A stretch of 64,000 bases of DNA from Burkholderiales bacterium (GTDB lineage: Bacteria; Pseudomonadota; Gammaproteobacteria; Burkholderiales; SG8-39), in assembly GCA_965279075.1 (NCBI GenBank), contig CBDIHI010000009.1, positions 2,863 through 66,862 of the forward strand, in the 5' to 3' direction. Below are positions 31,701 to 37,762 of the stretch, piece after piece; positions within the stretch are counted from its first letter, which is position 1, and the number at the start of each line of letters is the position of its first letter. Both the position numbers and the translations under genes were made by a program. The notes under the pieces were generated by a model, which saw only the letters and a program-made list of their open reading frames with translations, made no database searches and was not told the DNA's origin.

Positions 31701-33162
31701 CCGTCCCTGCTGTCGCATTGACGTTCACCGATCCGCCCGTCAATGCCGCCGCCAAGTCGGCAGTACTCAAAACTGATGTCGTTTCGACCAGTGCGCCACA
31801 ACCGCCAACCGCGCAAACCGCGAATTCCGCCGTAGACGGACCTGCGGCGTTAATCGTCAAATCCGTCGGGTCAAGCAGAAGTGTCCCGGCGACGCCGTTC
31901 GGTGCCCGCCGATCTGCGGTACCAGTGAAGCTAAGGAATCCTTTGCCGGAAACTTCGACAAAGCCCCCGTTACCCGCGGTATTCCCGCCGCGGGCGCTGA
32001 TCTGGCCGCCGAAATATGTCGCGTCGTTCGACCAGACAATAATCTTGCCGCCGTTGCCGATCGTGATCGCATCCGCTGCAATCCTGGCTGCGGAGCTAAC
32101 AAAAGTGCGCGAAGCGTTCGCCTCGGGTCCCTTGCCCTGGAAATTGCCGCCGATAAGGATCGTTCCGCCACCCGCATCACCGGATGCGTTGAGAGAAGCG
32201 CTGCCGAACAGGCCGACCCTGTCACCCAGCACCGTGATGTTGCCGCCGGTCTGCCCCGCCCCAAGGCCCGAAGCCTCCAAGCTGCCTGACACGCTGGTCA
32301 CGCCGGTCGGCCCGCCATCCAGATAAATAGACCCGCCACGCTGCGAAATCGCGTTGGCGCGAATCACGCCGTCGTTGCTCACGACCGTGTCGAGCAAAGC
32401 ATTCGCACTGCGCGCAGTCAGGAGCACGTTGCCGCCGTCGGCGGTAATGGTGCCTTGGTTGATCGCGGAAGCGTTCACGGCGGCCAGGTCGACGCGGACG
32501 TTGATGAGGCCATCGCCCACCATGTCCAGCGTAACGGCATTGCCTGCGGCGAGGGCAACCGTGCCCATGCGCGCATTGATGACGCCGGTGTTGCTCACCT
32601 GGGGCCCGACCAGCGCCGCATAGCCCGAAAGGGTGGTGATGTTGCCCTGGTTGACCACGGAGCCCGCGGAACCCCCATTGCTGAACGAATAGCGGCCGGC
32701 AAGGAAATCCGCGTCGCTGATCCCGAGCGTCGAGGCGGCGATGCCGCCCACCGACACGCTGGCCGAAGGCCCGAACAGCACCCCGCTGGGGTTGACGAGG
32801 AAGATCTGCCCGTTGGACGTCAGCGAGCCGAAGATCTGGGACGCGCTGTTGCCGAGCACCCTGTTCAGGGCGACCGAGCTCGCGCCGGGCTGCTGGAACA
32901 CCACCGAATTGCCGGCCCCGATCGAGAAGCTCTGCCAGTTGAGGATCGCATTCTGGGTGGTCTGGTTGACCTGGAGCGAGTTCGCGTTCGGCTGGGAGAT
33001 CGTCGCGGCGCCCGCGGCAACCTGCCCGCCGGTGGGGAGCGACTGTGCGAACGCCGGCGTGGCGACGCTGAGCGCGGCGGCAAGGAGGGCCGGATATGCG
33101 CCCTTCCTCCTGAATCCCGCCAGGATCGAGCCCCGAGGGGCCCGGTAGTTGGTCTTGTTCAT
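19714..33162 (-). CDS. Giant two-partner-secreted exoprotein/adhesin (TpsA, HMW1/HxuA-type TPS domain), 4482 aa
   Basis: Signal peptide, ILNWQSFSIG...VALNRV...NGQIFLVNPSG TPS domain, GGFVEVSG...GTLLLDP, then G/T/S/A-rich beta-repeats; adjacent TpsB. Confidence 0.93.
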   Translation of the reverse strand: MNKTNYRAPRGSILAGFRRKGAYPALLAAALSVATPAFAQSLPTGGQVAAGAATISQPNANSLQVNQTTQNAILNWQSFSIGAGNSVVFQQPGASSVALNRVLGNSASQIFGSLTSNGQIFLVNPSGVLFGPSASVSVGGIAASTLGISDADFLAGRYSFSNGGSAGSVVNQGNITTLSGYAALVGPQVSNTGVINARMGTVALAAGNAVTLDMVGDGLINVRVDLAAVNASAINQGTITADGGNVLLTARSANALLDTVVSNDGVIRANAISQRGGSIYLDGGPTGVTSVSGSLEASGLGAGQTGGNITVLGDRVGLFGSASLNASGDAGGGTILIGGNFQGKGPEANASRTFVSSAARIAADAITIGNGGKIIVWSNDATYFGGQISARGGNTAGNGGFVEVSGKGFLSFTGTADRRAPNGVAGTLLLDPTDLTINAAGPSTAEFAVCAVGGCGALVETTSVLSTADLAAALTGGSVNVNATAGTGTGGGTINWTDGAVNASANSLTLTGSSITFNGTLTNVANFIFVGALQTSTGTATSSTGGAITGLGNNTFTLSNTQVGTASGITFNSFGSADAKVVAGASDFNDATKTTRGMTFASATTVSGTGAITGIGAGTFTLTGTTAGTTAQITGGYSGFTTADAQVVAGAQGFNDAQRSSLGMSFASATTVSGTGAITGMTGQTFTLTGTTAGTTAQITGGYSGFTAADATTVAGAQSFNNANRSSLGMTFASVSTVSGTGAITGMSGQTFTLTGTTAGTTTNVAGGYSGFTTADATTVAGAQGFNDAQRSSLGMSFASATTVSGTGAITGIGAGTFTLTGTTAGTTAQITGGYSGFTTADAQVVAGAQGFNDAQRSSLGMSFASATTVSGTGAITGMTGQTFTLTGTTAGTTAQITGGYSGFTAADATTVAGAQSFNNANRSSLGMTFASVSTVSGTGAITGMSGQTFTLTGTTAGTTTNVAGGYSGFTTADATTVAGAQGFNDAQRSSLGMSFASATTVSGTGAITGIGAGTFTLTGTTAGTTAQITGGYSGFTTADAQVVAGAQGFNDAQRSSLGMSFASATTVSGTGAITGIGAGTFTLTGTTAGTTAQITGGYSGFTAADAQVVAGAQSFNNANKSSLGMTFAAATTVSGTGTITGMSGQTFTLTGTTAGTTAQITGGYSGFTAADATTVAGAQSFNNANRSSLGMTFASVSTVSGTGAITGMSGQTFTLTGTTAGTTTNVAGGYSGFTTADATTVAGAQGFNDAQRSSLGMSFASATTVSGTGAITGIGAGTFTLTGTTAGTTAQITGGYSGFTTADAQVVAGAQGFNDAQRSSLGMSFASATTVSGTGAITGMTGQTFTLTGTTAGTTAQITGGYSGFTAADATTVAGAQSFNNANRSSLGMTFASVSTVSGTGAITGMSGQTFTLTGTTAGTTANVAGGYSGFTTADATTVAGAQGFNDAQRSSLGMSFASATTVSGTGAITGIGAGTFTLTGTTAGTTAQITGGYSGFTTADAQVVAGAQGFNDAQRSSLGMSFASATTVSGTGAITGIGAGTFTLTGTTAGTTAQITGGYSGFTAADAQVVAGAQSFNNANKSSLGMTFAAATTVSGTGTITGMSGQTFTLTGTTAGTTAQITGGYSGFTAADATTVAGAQSFNNANRSSLGMTFASVSTVSGTGAITGMSGQTFTLTGTTAGTTTNVAGGYSGFTTADATTVAGAQGFNDAQRSSLGMSFASASTVSGTGAITGIGAGTFTLTGTTAGTTAQITGGYSGFTAADAQVVAGAQSFNNANKSSLGMTFAAATTVSGTGTITGMSGQTFTLTGTTAGTTAQIVGGYSGFTAADATTVAGAQSFNNANKSSLGMTFAAATTVSGTGTITGMSGQTFTLTGTTAGTTAQITGGYSGFTAADATTVAGAQSFNNANRSSLGMTFASVSTVSGTGAITGMSGQTFTLTGTTAGTTTNVAGGYSGFTTADATTVAGAQGFNDAQRSSLGMSFASATTVSGTGAITGIGAGTFTLTGTTAGTTAQITGGYSGFTTADAQVVAGAQGFNDAQRSSLGMSFASATTVSGTGTITGMSGQTFTLTGTTAGTTAQITGGYSGFTAADATTVAGAQSFNNANRSSLGMTFASVSTVSGTGAITGMSGQTFTLTGTTAGTTANVAGGYSGFTTADATTVAGAQGFNDAQRSSLGMSFASASTVSGTGAITGIGAGTFTLTGTTAGTTAQITGGYSGFTAADAQVVAGAQSFNNANKSSLGMTFAAATTVSGTGTITGMSGQTFTLTGTTAGTTAQITGGYSGFTAADATTVAGAQSFNNANRSSLGMTFASVSTVSGTGAITGMSGQTFTLTGTTAGTTTNVAGGYSGFTTADATTVAGAQGFNDAQRSSLGMSFASASTVSGTGAITGIGAGTFTLTGTTAGTTAQITGGYSGFTTADAQVVAGAQGFNDAQRSSLGMSFASATTVSGTGAITGIGAGTFTLTGTTAGTTAQIVGGYSGFTAADATTVAGAQSFNNANKSSLGMTFAAATTVSGTGTITGMSGQTFTLTGTTAGTTAQITGGYSGFTAADATTVAGAQSFNNANRSSLGMTFASVSTVSGTGAITGMSGQTFTLTGTTAGTTTNVAGGYSGFTTADATTVAGAQGFNDAQRSSLGMSFASATTVSGTGAITGIGAGTFTLTGTTAGTTAQITGGYSGFTTADAQVVAGAQGFNDAQRSSLGMSFASATTVSGTGTITGMSGQTFTLTGTTAGTTAQITGGYSGFTAADATTVAGAQSFNNANRSSLGMTFASVSTVSGTGAITGMSGQTFTLTGTTAGTTANVAGGYSGFTTADATTVAGAQGFNDAQRSSLGMSFASASTVSGTGAITGIGAGTFTLTGTTAGTTAQITGGYSGFTAADAQVVAGAQSFNNANKSSLGMTFAAATTVSGTGTITGMSGQTFTLTGTTAGTTAQITGGYSGFTAADATTVAGAQSFNNANRSSLGMTFASVSTVSGTGAITGMSGQTFTLTGTTAGTTTNVAGGYSGFTTADATTVAGAQGFNDAQRSSLGMSFASATTVSGTGAITGIGAGTFTLTGTTAGTTAQITGGYSGFTTADAQVVAGAQGFNDAQRSSLGMSFASATTVSGTGAITGIGAGTFTLTGTTAGTTAQITGGYSGFTAADAQVVAGAQSFNNANKSSLGMTFAAATTVSGTGTITGMSGQTFTLTGTTAGTTAQITGGYSGFTAADATTVAGAQSFNNANRSSLGMTFASVSTVSGTGAITGMSGQTFTLTGTTAGTTTNVAGGYSGFTTADATTVAGAQGFNDAQRSSLGMSFASATTVSGTGAITGIGAGTFTLTGTTAGTTAQITGGYSGFTTADAQVVAGAQGFNDAQRSSLGMSFASATTVSGTGAITGMTGQTFTLTGTTAGTTAQITGGYSGFTAADATTVAGAQSFNNANRSSLGMTFASVSTVSGTGAITGMSGQTFTLTGTTAGTTANVAGGYSGFTTADATTVAGAQGFNDAQRSSLGMSFASASTVSGTGAITGIGAGTFTLTGTTAGTTAQITGGYSGFTTADAQVVAGAQGFNDAQRSSLGMSFASATTVSGTGTITGMSGQTFTLTGTTAGTTAQITGGYSGFTAADATTVAGAQSFNNANRSSLGMTFASVSTVSGTGAITGMSGQTFTLTGTTAGTTTNVAGGYSGFTTADATTVAGAQGFNDAQRSSLGMSFASASTVSGTGAITGIGAGTFTLTGTTAGTTAQITGGYSGFTAADAQVVAGAQSFNNANKSSLGMTFAAATTVSGTGTITGMSGQTFTLTGTTAGTTAQIVGGYSGFTAADATTVAGAQGFNDTDKSSLGMTFAAASTVSGTGAITGVVGTFTLTGAASGTTANVTGGYAGFTTLAGNGASTISGASVTYTLDNVTQNSGSGSGYAWSGFANITDTGTGTLNMGTAGSISGTAALGTNGTISYAAYGTPVTFDLNGGAGSTGMAGWSGVTTATGSANVDTITGAGQTYNLTGANAGNNGTVFWTSFENLTATGVSAINGVGGSLTGSLSSAAATTLSGNIGAAGTQTYTGAVTLGGLTTLASTGGGAISFASTVNGGQALTVNTTGTTTFGGAVGNGAALTSLTTDAGGTTAINGGSVRTTGAQSYGDAVTLGSATTLTGVANVFSSSITGTQALTVNDSGNTAYNGPVTVGSLTTDLPGQSNFANGVTVTATGTVVDAATQMITINDPSIGGTNVTLKSNNGGQISINNFTTNTLSVDTAGTVTITGAPGAVLGGNTSGTALQLITVPVNLQVTQASTLVYTAATSPTNRVFATNSSVTAFLGGSTSSIVQAANATAIASSNAVANVQSSVGISTSEAQKAGAQKDAAAEDIQNGTTPSPGTALSLQTSVDAAGGTSMPPEGDPLPSILTPLPVVFTTAAPGSTVELRGTGTVTVNDGIIYLTIISASGVQSAPVKVGTMKCNGKAATADVSAGSAGLTPAGAAAVAAAVSAAGGAGCGG
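21620..31400 (-). repeat. About 50 tandem 198-bp (66-aa) coding repeats inside TpsA
   Basis: The anchor GTCAGCGTGAACGT occurs at 21791 and 31295, exactly 48x198 bp apart. Example unit: TFTLTGTTAGTTAQITGGYSGFTTADAQVVAGAQGFNDAQRSSLGMSFASATTVSGTGAITGMTGQ. Confidence 0.97.
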
Positions 33163-33304
33163 CGTTGCGCTCCCCGATACAACAGGTGCATATGCAGTTT
33201 CATCATTGGTTCAGCAGGAAGTATGAGCGGTCGGAAAGGCAATATTCCGCGACTTTTTCACACTTGCCGGCAAGGCTTGGCCGTCCGGTAGTCCCGGCAG
33301 TTCA

Positions 33305-35029
33305 TCATTCGAACCACTTGATCCCCTGGAACCAGACCCGGGCAACGCGGCGGGCAGAGTCGGCGTCAGGCACGTCGTTCTCGCCGCGCCAGGCCACGGA
33401 GGTCTTGAGCAGGAAATCGTTGTCCTTGACGAGAGATACGCCGACCCCGAATCCGGAGATTCCGGTGAAATTGGGGGAAGTGCCCGGCAGGGGGCTGGCA
33501 TTGATCTTTACCCGCCCGGCGTCGTAGAAGCCGGAAAACATGAGGTCGCCGGAGAGGATCTGGACTTTAGGCACGGTGTAGCGCACCTCGGTCGTGAACA
33601 GGAACCCCTGGTCGCCGATGCCCTGGCCGACAGGGTAGGCACGCACCCCGTTGGCACCGCCCAGCGACATCTTTTCGGCCGAAGCCAGGTTCCGGCCGGC
33701 CATCTGGCCGCTGACCGCAACCAGCAGGTTGATGTCATCCGTCATTCGCTGCAGACGCCGCAGGTCGAAGTTGAACTTCGAAAACTTGCCCAGGGTCTTT
33801 GCCCCGGTGTTGCTCTGGTCGTTGGCCGCAACCGCCGCCGGGCCGATGTCCAGCGTGCCGTCGGTATAGACGAACGAGAAGGCGTTCAGCCCGCCGCTGA
33901 ACAGGCGGTCGCGAGAGTCCCCCACAACGCCGACCTTGACGGTGTTGATCTTGCGGTCCTCGATGCTGTTCGACGAGTCGATGCGGTCCTTGAGCAGCTT
34001 GTTTTCGTAGGACAGCTGGCCGAGCACGTTCAGGTTGCGCGTACGCACCAGCGGATGAAGGCCGTAGAGCGAGAACACCTCGCCCTCACCATGCGCCTGC
34101 AAGTTGGCGAAGTCGCGCTGCAGGGAATAGTTGAAGGTCGAGTAGCTGACACCCGCACGCGTCCCGCCGTAGCCGACCGGGCCGGTAATCGCCGCGCGCA
34201 CGAAACTCATGCGCTCGTTGGTCAGGGTCGCCCGGACGGAAAGCTGGTCACCGTAGCCGGTGAGGTTGTTGGCGTTGAGGTTGACGCCCGTGCGCATCTC
34301 CCCGGTAAAGCGGTTGCCCGCATTGTCGATGTCCGCGTAGCCGGAGATGATCCCGCCGCTCTCCTTGACGTTCACCCGCAGGTCCGCCGCGCCTATGGCC
34401 CTTGTGCTCGGACCGATCTCGGAGCTCGCCACGACGTTGGGCAGGTCGCTCAGCAGGAGCAGCGGTCGCTCAAGGCCGACCTCGGTAATCAGGTCACCTT
34501 CCTTGAGGTGCTGGTCGAGGATCGCCTGGCCGAATTCGGGCCGCAGTCGCGATTTCGCGTCGGGCTTCAGCATGGCATTGCCTACACGCCCTTCGAGGAT
34601 CGCAATCTCTACGACGCCGTCACGGATCTGCTGCGCCGGCAGGTAGGCCTGGGCGAGGAAGTAGCCCCTGGCCCGGTAATAGGCGCGAAGGTCGTTCGTC
34701 GCGTCGACGAGGCCTTCGAAGTCGAGCTCCTTGCCGTAGTACTCCTTGAGGGACGGGAGGAGGGCTTCTGTGCTGTATACGGTGTTGCCGGAAATCTTGA
34801 ACTGCTTGACGGTGACCTTGAGCGTCACCGAGCTGCGCATCGCGGGCCGGCCCTGCTCCTCCCGCGGCATGACTTCGCTGCCTGGACGTGCGGGGGCGGG
34901 TACCGTGTTGCGCTGCTGCTCCAGGATCTGCCCCGCATCGGGGCGCAATTGGGCGAGCTGCGCAAATGCGCCTGGTGAGGCAAAGGCAGTCGCCACGATT
35001 GCGGCGAGCGCAGGCCGCCCCAATCGCAT
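33305..35029 (-). CDS. ShlB/FhaC/HecB family two-partner secretion outer-membrane transporter (TpsB)
   Basis: POTRA motif YRARGYFLAQAYLPAQQI...EGRV, DNAGNRFTG, GGANGVRAY (VRGY-like), aromatic C-terminus. Start assigned to MRLGRPALAA; the ORF track extends to 35197. Confidence 0.92.
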   Translation of the reverse strand: MRLGRPALAAIVATAFASPGAFAQLAQLRPDAGQILEQQRNTVPAPARPGSEVMPREEQGRPAMRSSVTLKVTVKQFKISGNTVYSTEALLPSLKEYYGKELDFEGLVDATNDLRAYYRARGYFLAQAYLPAQQIRDGVVEIAILEGRVGNAMLKPDAKSRLRPEFGQAILDQHLKEGDLITEVGLERPLLLLSDLPNVVASSEIGPSTRAIGAADLRVNVKESGGIISGYADIDNAGNRFTGEMRTGVNLNANNLTGYGDQLSVRATLTNERMSFVRAAITGPVGYGGTRAGVSYSTFNYSLQRDFANLQAHGEGEVFSLYGLHPLVRTRNLNVLGQLSYENKLLKDRIDSSNSIEDRKINTVKVGVVGDSRDRLFSGGLNAFSFVYTDGTLDIGPAAVAANDQSNTGAKTLGKFSKFNFDLRRLQRMTDDINLLVAVSGQMAGRNLASAEKMSLGGANGVRAYPVGQGIGDQGFLFTTEVRYTVPKVQILSGDLMFSGFYDAGRVKINASPLPGTSPNFTGISGFGVGVSLVKDNDFLLKTSVAWRGENDVPDADSARRVARVWFQGIKWFE

Positions 35030-35199
35030 CGTGCCTCGCAGTGCCGATTGTTTCTTCTGATTACCGCACGTCATATGTGCGCCCCCCGAAACCTGAGTAC
35101 AAATTCTATCATTACGCCTCGCGCAGGCCGATTCGTTGCCCATGCGCGCGACGCCGAAGGCAGTACTGCCCCTGTGGCCTTCAAGCCAAAGCGGCAATT

Positions 35200-35500
35200 C
35201 AAAAACTCCTTTTAATTTCGGTAACTTAAATATTTCTCTTGAGAATTGGTCGGAGGTATCTCCTTACGCGCTTGAGGGTAGCGCCATCAGGTGAAGACCA
35301 CAAGTGGCTTTCTGGGGAATGCTACGGGCTGACAAGTGGCATGTTGTATTTTCACAACACCGTTAAATGCAACCATTTGTGCAAGAAAACTGCCGTTTTG
35401 CGGCGTCACGGCATCCGAGTCGCCAACCGTGTTTCCTGTAAAGTGCGCGTCGACCTGAAGGGCCCCCGTGCCATCAAGGCTTGCCGAAGCCGCGCCCAAA
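35200..35500. promoter_or_regulatory. AT-rich divergent promoter region shared by tpsB/tpsA and ccmABCD
   Basis: Markedly AT-rich (e.g. ttttaatttcggtaacttaaatatttctc) between divergent genes; no specific site assigned. Confidence 0.5.
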
Positions 35501-35515
35501 TGCGATGAATCCAGC

Positions 35516-36157
35516 ATGAATCCCCATCCGAGAGCATCCATGGCCGCGATCGGGCTGGCTTGCGTCCGAGGCGAAAGGCAACTCTTCGGCAACCTCGGCT
35601 TCGAACTGGGGAATGGCGGGTTGCTGCAGGTCAGTGGTGCCAACGGGAGCGGCAAGACCAGCTTGCTGCGCATGGTTTGCGGCCTGCTTCCGGCCGCCGC
35701 CGGAACCATCACTTGGAATGGGAATCCGATCCGGTCGCTGGCCGAGGAGTACTGCGCCAGCCTGGTGTACGTCGGGCATCTCAACGCCGCCAAGGACGAC
35801 CTTGACGCACGAGAGACCCTGACCTTCTCCGCACGCCTGGCCGGGCTGCCCGCCTCGCCGGGCGCGGTCGCCTCCGCGCTCGCGGACTTCGGGCTTGAAA
35901 GCGTAGACCATCTGCCCTGCAAGGTCCTGTCCCAAGGCCAGAAGCGGCGCCTTGCCCTGGCGCGCCTCAAGCTGAGCGCATCCCGCCCCCTGTGGGTGCT
36001 GGACGAGCCGTTCGCTGCGCTCGACTCCTCGGGTATCACGGTGATGCGCTCCGTGCTCGAAGACCATTTGGCACGCGGCGGCCTTGCCCTGCTCACGACC
36101 CACCAGGCGGTGCCGGTGGCGGCCCCTTCAGTGCAAACCATAGCACTCGGAAAATGA
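35516..36157 (+). CDS. ccmA: Heme export ABC ATPase CcmA
   Basis: CVRGERQLF, GANGSGKT, LSQGQKRRLALARL, LWVLDEPF, LLTTHQ. Confidence 0.93.
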   Translation: MNPHPRASMAAIGLACVRGERQLFGNLGFELGNGGLLQVSGANGSGKTSLLRMVCGLLPAAAGTITWNGNPIRSLAEEYCASLVYVGHLNAAKDDLDARETLTFSARLAGLPASPGAVASALADFGLESVDHLPCKVLSQGQKRRLALARLKLSASRPLWVLDEPFAALDSSGITVMRSVLEDHLARGGLALLTTHQAVPVAAPSVQTIALGK

Positions 36158-36834
36158 ACGGTTCCCTACTCTCAGCCGTGCGCTGCGTGGTTGCAAGGGA
36201 CCTCCTGATCGTTTTGCGCAACAGGTCCGACGCCGCGAACACGCTGCTCTTTTTCGCAATCGTGGTCAGCCTCTTCCCCCTGGGTGTGGGCCCCGAAACC
36301 GCGCTCCTGCGCACGATTGCCCCCGGCGTGCTGTGGGTCGCCGCGCTGCTGGCCTCGATGCTGGCCCTGGCACGCCTGTTCGCGGCCGACCATGCCGACG
36401 GGACCCTTGAGCAGTTGACGCTTTCGCCGCATCCGCTCGGCCTGCTGGTCGCCGGCAAGGTGTTCGCCCACTGGCTGGTGTCAGGCTTCCCGCTGGTGCT
36501 CGCGGCGCCGTTGCTCGGCCTCCAGTACGGCCTGGGACCCGAGGCGGTGATCATGCTCGTCGCCTCGCTTGCGCTCGGCACGCCTGTGCTGAGCCTGCTC
36601 GGGGCCGTCGGCGCGGCCCTCACGCTGGGCCTGCGGGGCAGCGGTGCGCTCGTTTCGCTGATAGTGCTCCCGCTCTGCATCCCGGTGTTGATCTTCGGCG
36701 CGGGCGCCGTGGATGCGGTGGCCGGCGGCCTGAGCGCCGGCCCGCACCTGTCGCTGATCGGCGCCTACCTGCTGCCCGGCGTGCTTTTCGGTCCGTGGGC
36801 CACCGCAGTGGCCATTAGAATCGCGCTCGAGTAG
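36154..36834 (+). CDS. ccmB: Heme exporter CcmB
   Basis: SLFPLGVGP, PGVLWVAALLAS, LFAADHADGTLEQL, LPLCIPVLIFG; ATGA overlap. Confidence 0.93.
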   Translation: MNGSLLSAVRCVVARDLLIVLRNRSDAANTLLFFAIVVSLFPLGVGPETALLRTIAPGVLWVAALLASMLALARLFAADHADGTLEQLTLSPHPLGLLVAGKVFAHWLVSGFPLVLAAPLLGLQYGLGPEAVIMLVASLALGTPVLSLLGAVGAALTLGLRGSGALVSLIVLPLCIPVLIFGAGAVDAVAGGLSAGPHLSLIGAYLLPGVLFGPWATAVAIRIALE

Positions 36835-36854
36835 CGCCCCCACTCGAGGACCCC

Positions 36855-37601
36855 ATGAGCGGCACCATCCACTGGTTCAAGTACTCCTCACCCCAGGCGT
36901 TCTACCCGCTTGCGGGCCTGCTCGCCCCGTGGTTCTTCGCGGCGGCGGCGATCCTGGCGGCGGCCGGACTGTACCTGGGCTTCTTGGTCGCCCCGACCGA
37001 CGCGCAGCAGGGAGAGGCCTACCGTGTCATCTACATCCACGTTGCCGCGGCCTGGATGTCGATGTTCCTGTATCTCGTGATGGCGTTCTGGGCCGGTGTC
37101 GGCCTCGCATTCAACACCCGGCTGTCTTCGATGATGGCTTCGGCGATCGCGCCCACCGGCGCCCTGATGACGTTCATCGCGCTGTGGACCGGCGCGCTCT
37201 GGGGCAAGCCGACCTGGGGCACCTGGTGGGTCTGGGATGCGCGCCTGACCTCCGAACTGATCCTGCTCTTCCTTTACCTGGGCTTCATCTCGCTGCAGGC
37301 CGCCATCGACGATCCGCGCCGCGCCGACAAGGCCGGCGCCGTGCTCGCGCTGGTAGGCGTGATCAACGTGCCGATCATCTACTTTTCCGTGCAATGGTGG
37401 AACACGCTGCATCAGGGCGCCTCGGTCAGCATGACCAAGAGCCCCAGCATGGCGGCCACCATGCTGTGGGGCATGCTGGTGATGGCGCTGGCGTTCTGGA
37501 TGTATTCGATCGGTGCCGCCCTGACGCGCGTGCGCGCGATCATCCTCGAGCGCGAGCGGCACACCGACTGGGCGAGGGAACTGGGGGGGATTCGCCGATG
37601 A
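36855..37601 (+). CDS. ccmC: Heme transporter CcmC
   Basis: WWD domain WGKPTWGTWWVWDARLTS, IYIHV, WWNTLHQ. Confidence 0.96.
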   Translation: MSGTIHWFKYSSPQAFYPLAGLLAPWFFAAAAILAAAGLYLGFLVAPTDAQQGEAYRVIYIHVAAAWMSMFLYLVMAFWAGVGLAFNTRLSSMMASAIAPTGALMTFIALWTGALWGKPTWGTWWVWDARLTSELILLFLYLGFISLQAAIDDPRRADKAGAVLALVGVINVPIIYFSVQWWNTLHQGASVSMTKSPSMAATMLWGMLVMALAFWMYSIGAALTRVRAIILERERHTDWARELGGIRR

Positions 37602-37762
37602 AATGGGAAAGCCTGTCGGCGTTCATCGCCATGGGGGGGTACGGGGTCTACGTTTGGGGGTCGTATGTGGTGAGCGCCGCCGTGCTCGGTATCGAGGTGT
37701 GGCTGCTCATAGCTCGCCATCGGGAGGCGCGGCGCCGGATCGCCGGATCCGTAGAGCCCTAG
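37598..37762 (+). CDS. ccmD: Heme exporter protein CcmD
   Basis: MKWESLSAFIAMGGYGVYVWGSY, the typical CcmD motif; ATGA overlap with ccmC. Confidence 0.9.
   Translation: MKWESLSAFIAMGGYGVYVWGSYVVSAAVLGIEVWLLIARHREARRRIAGSVEP

Noticed and set aside
35330-35480. Sigma54 promoter candidates (TGGCAT/TGGCAC)
   Set aside because: No correctly spaced TTGC -12 element on either strand.
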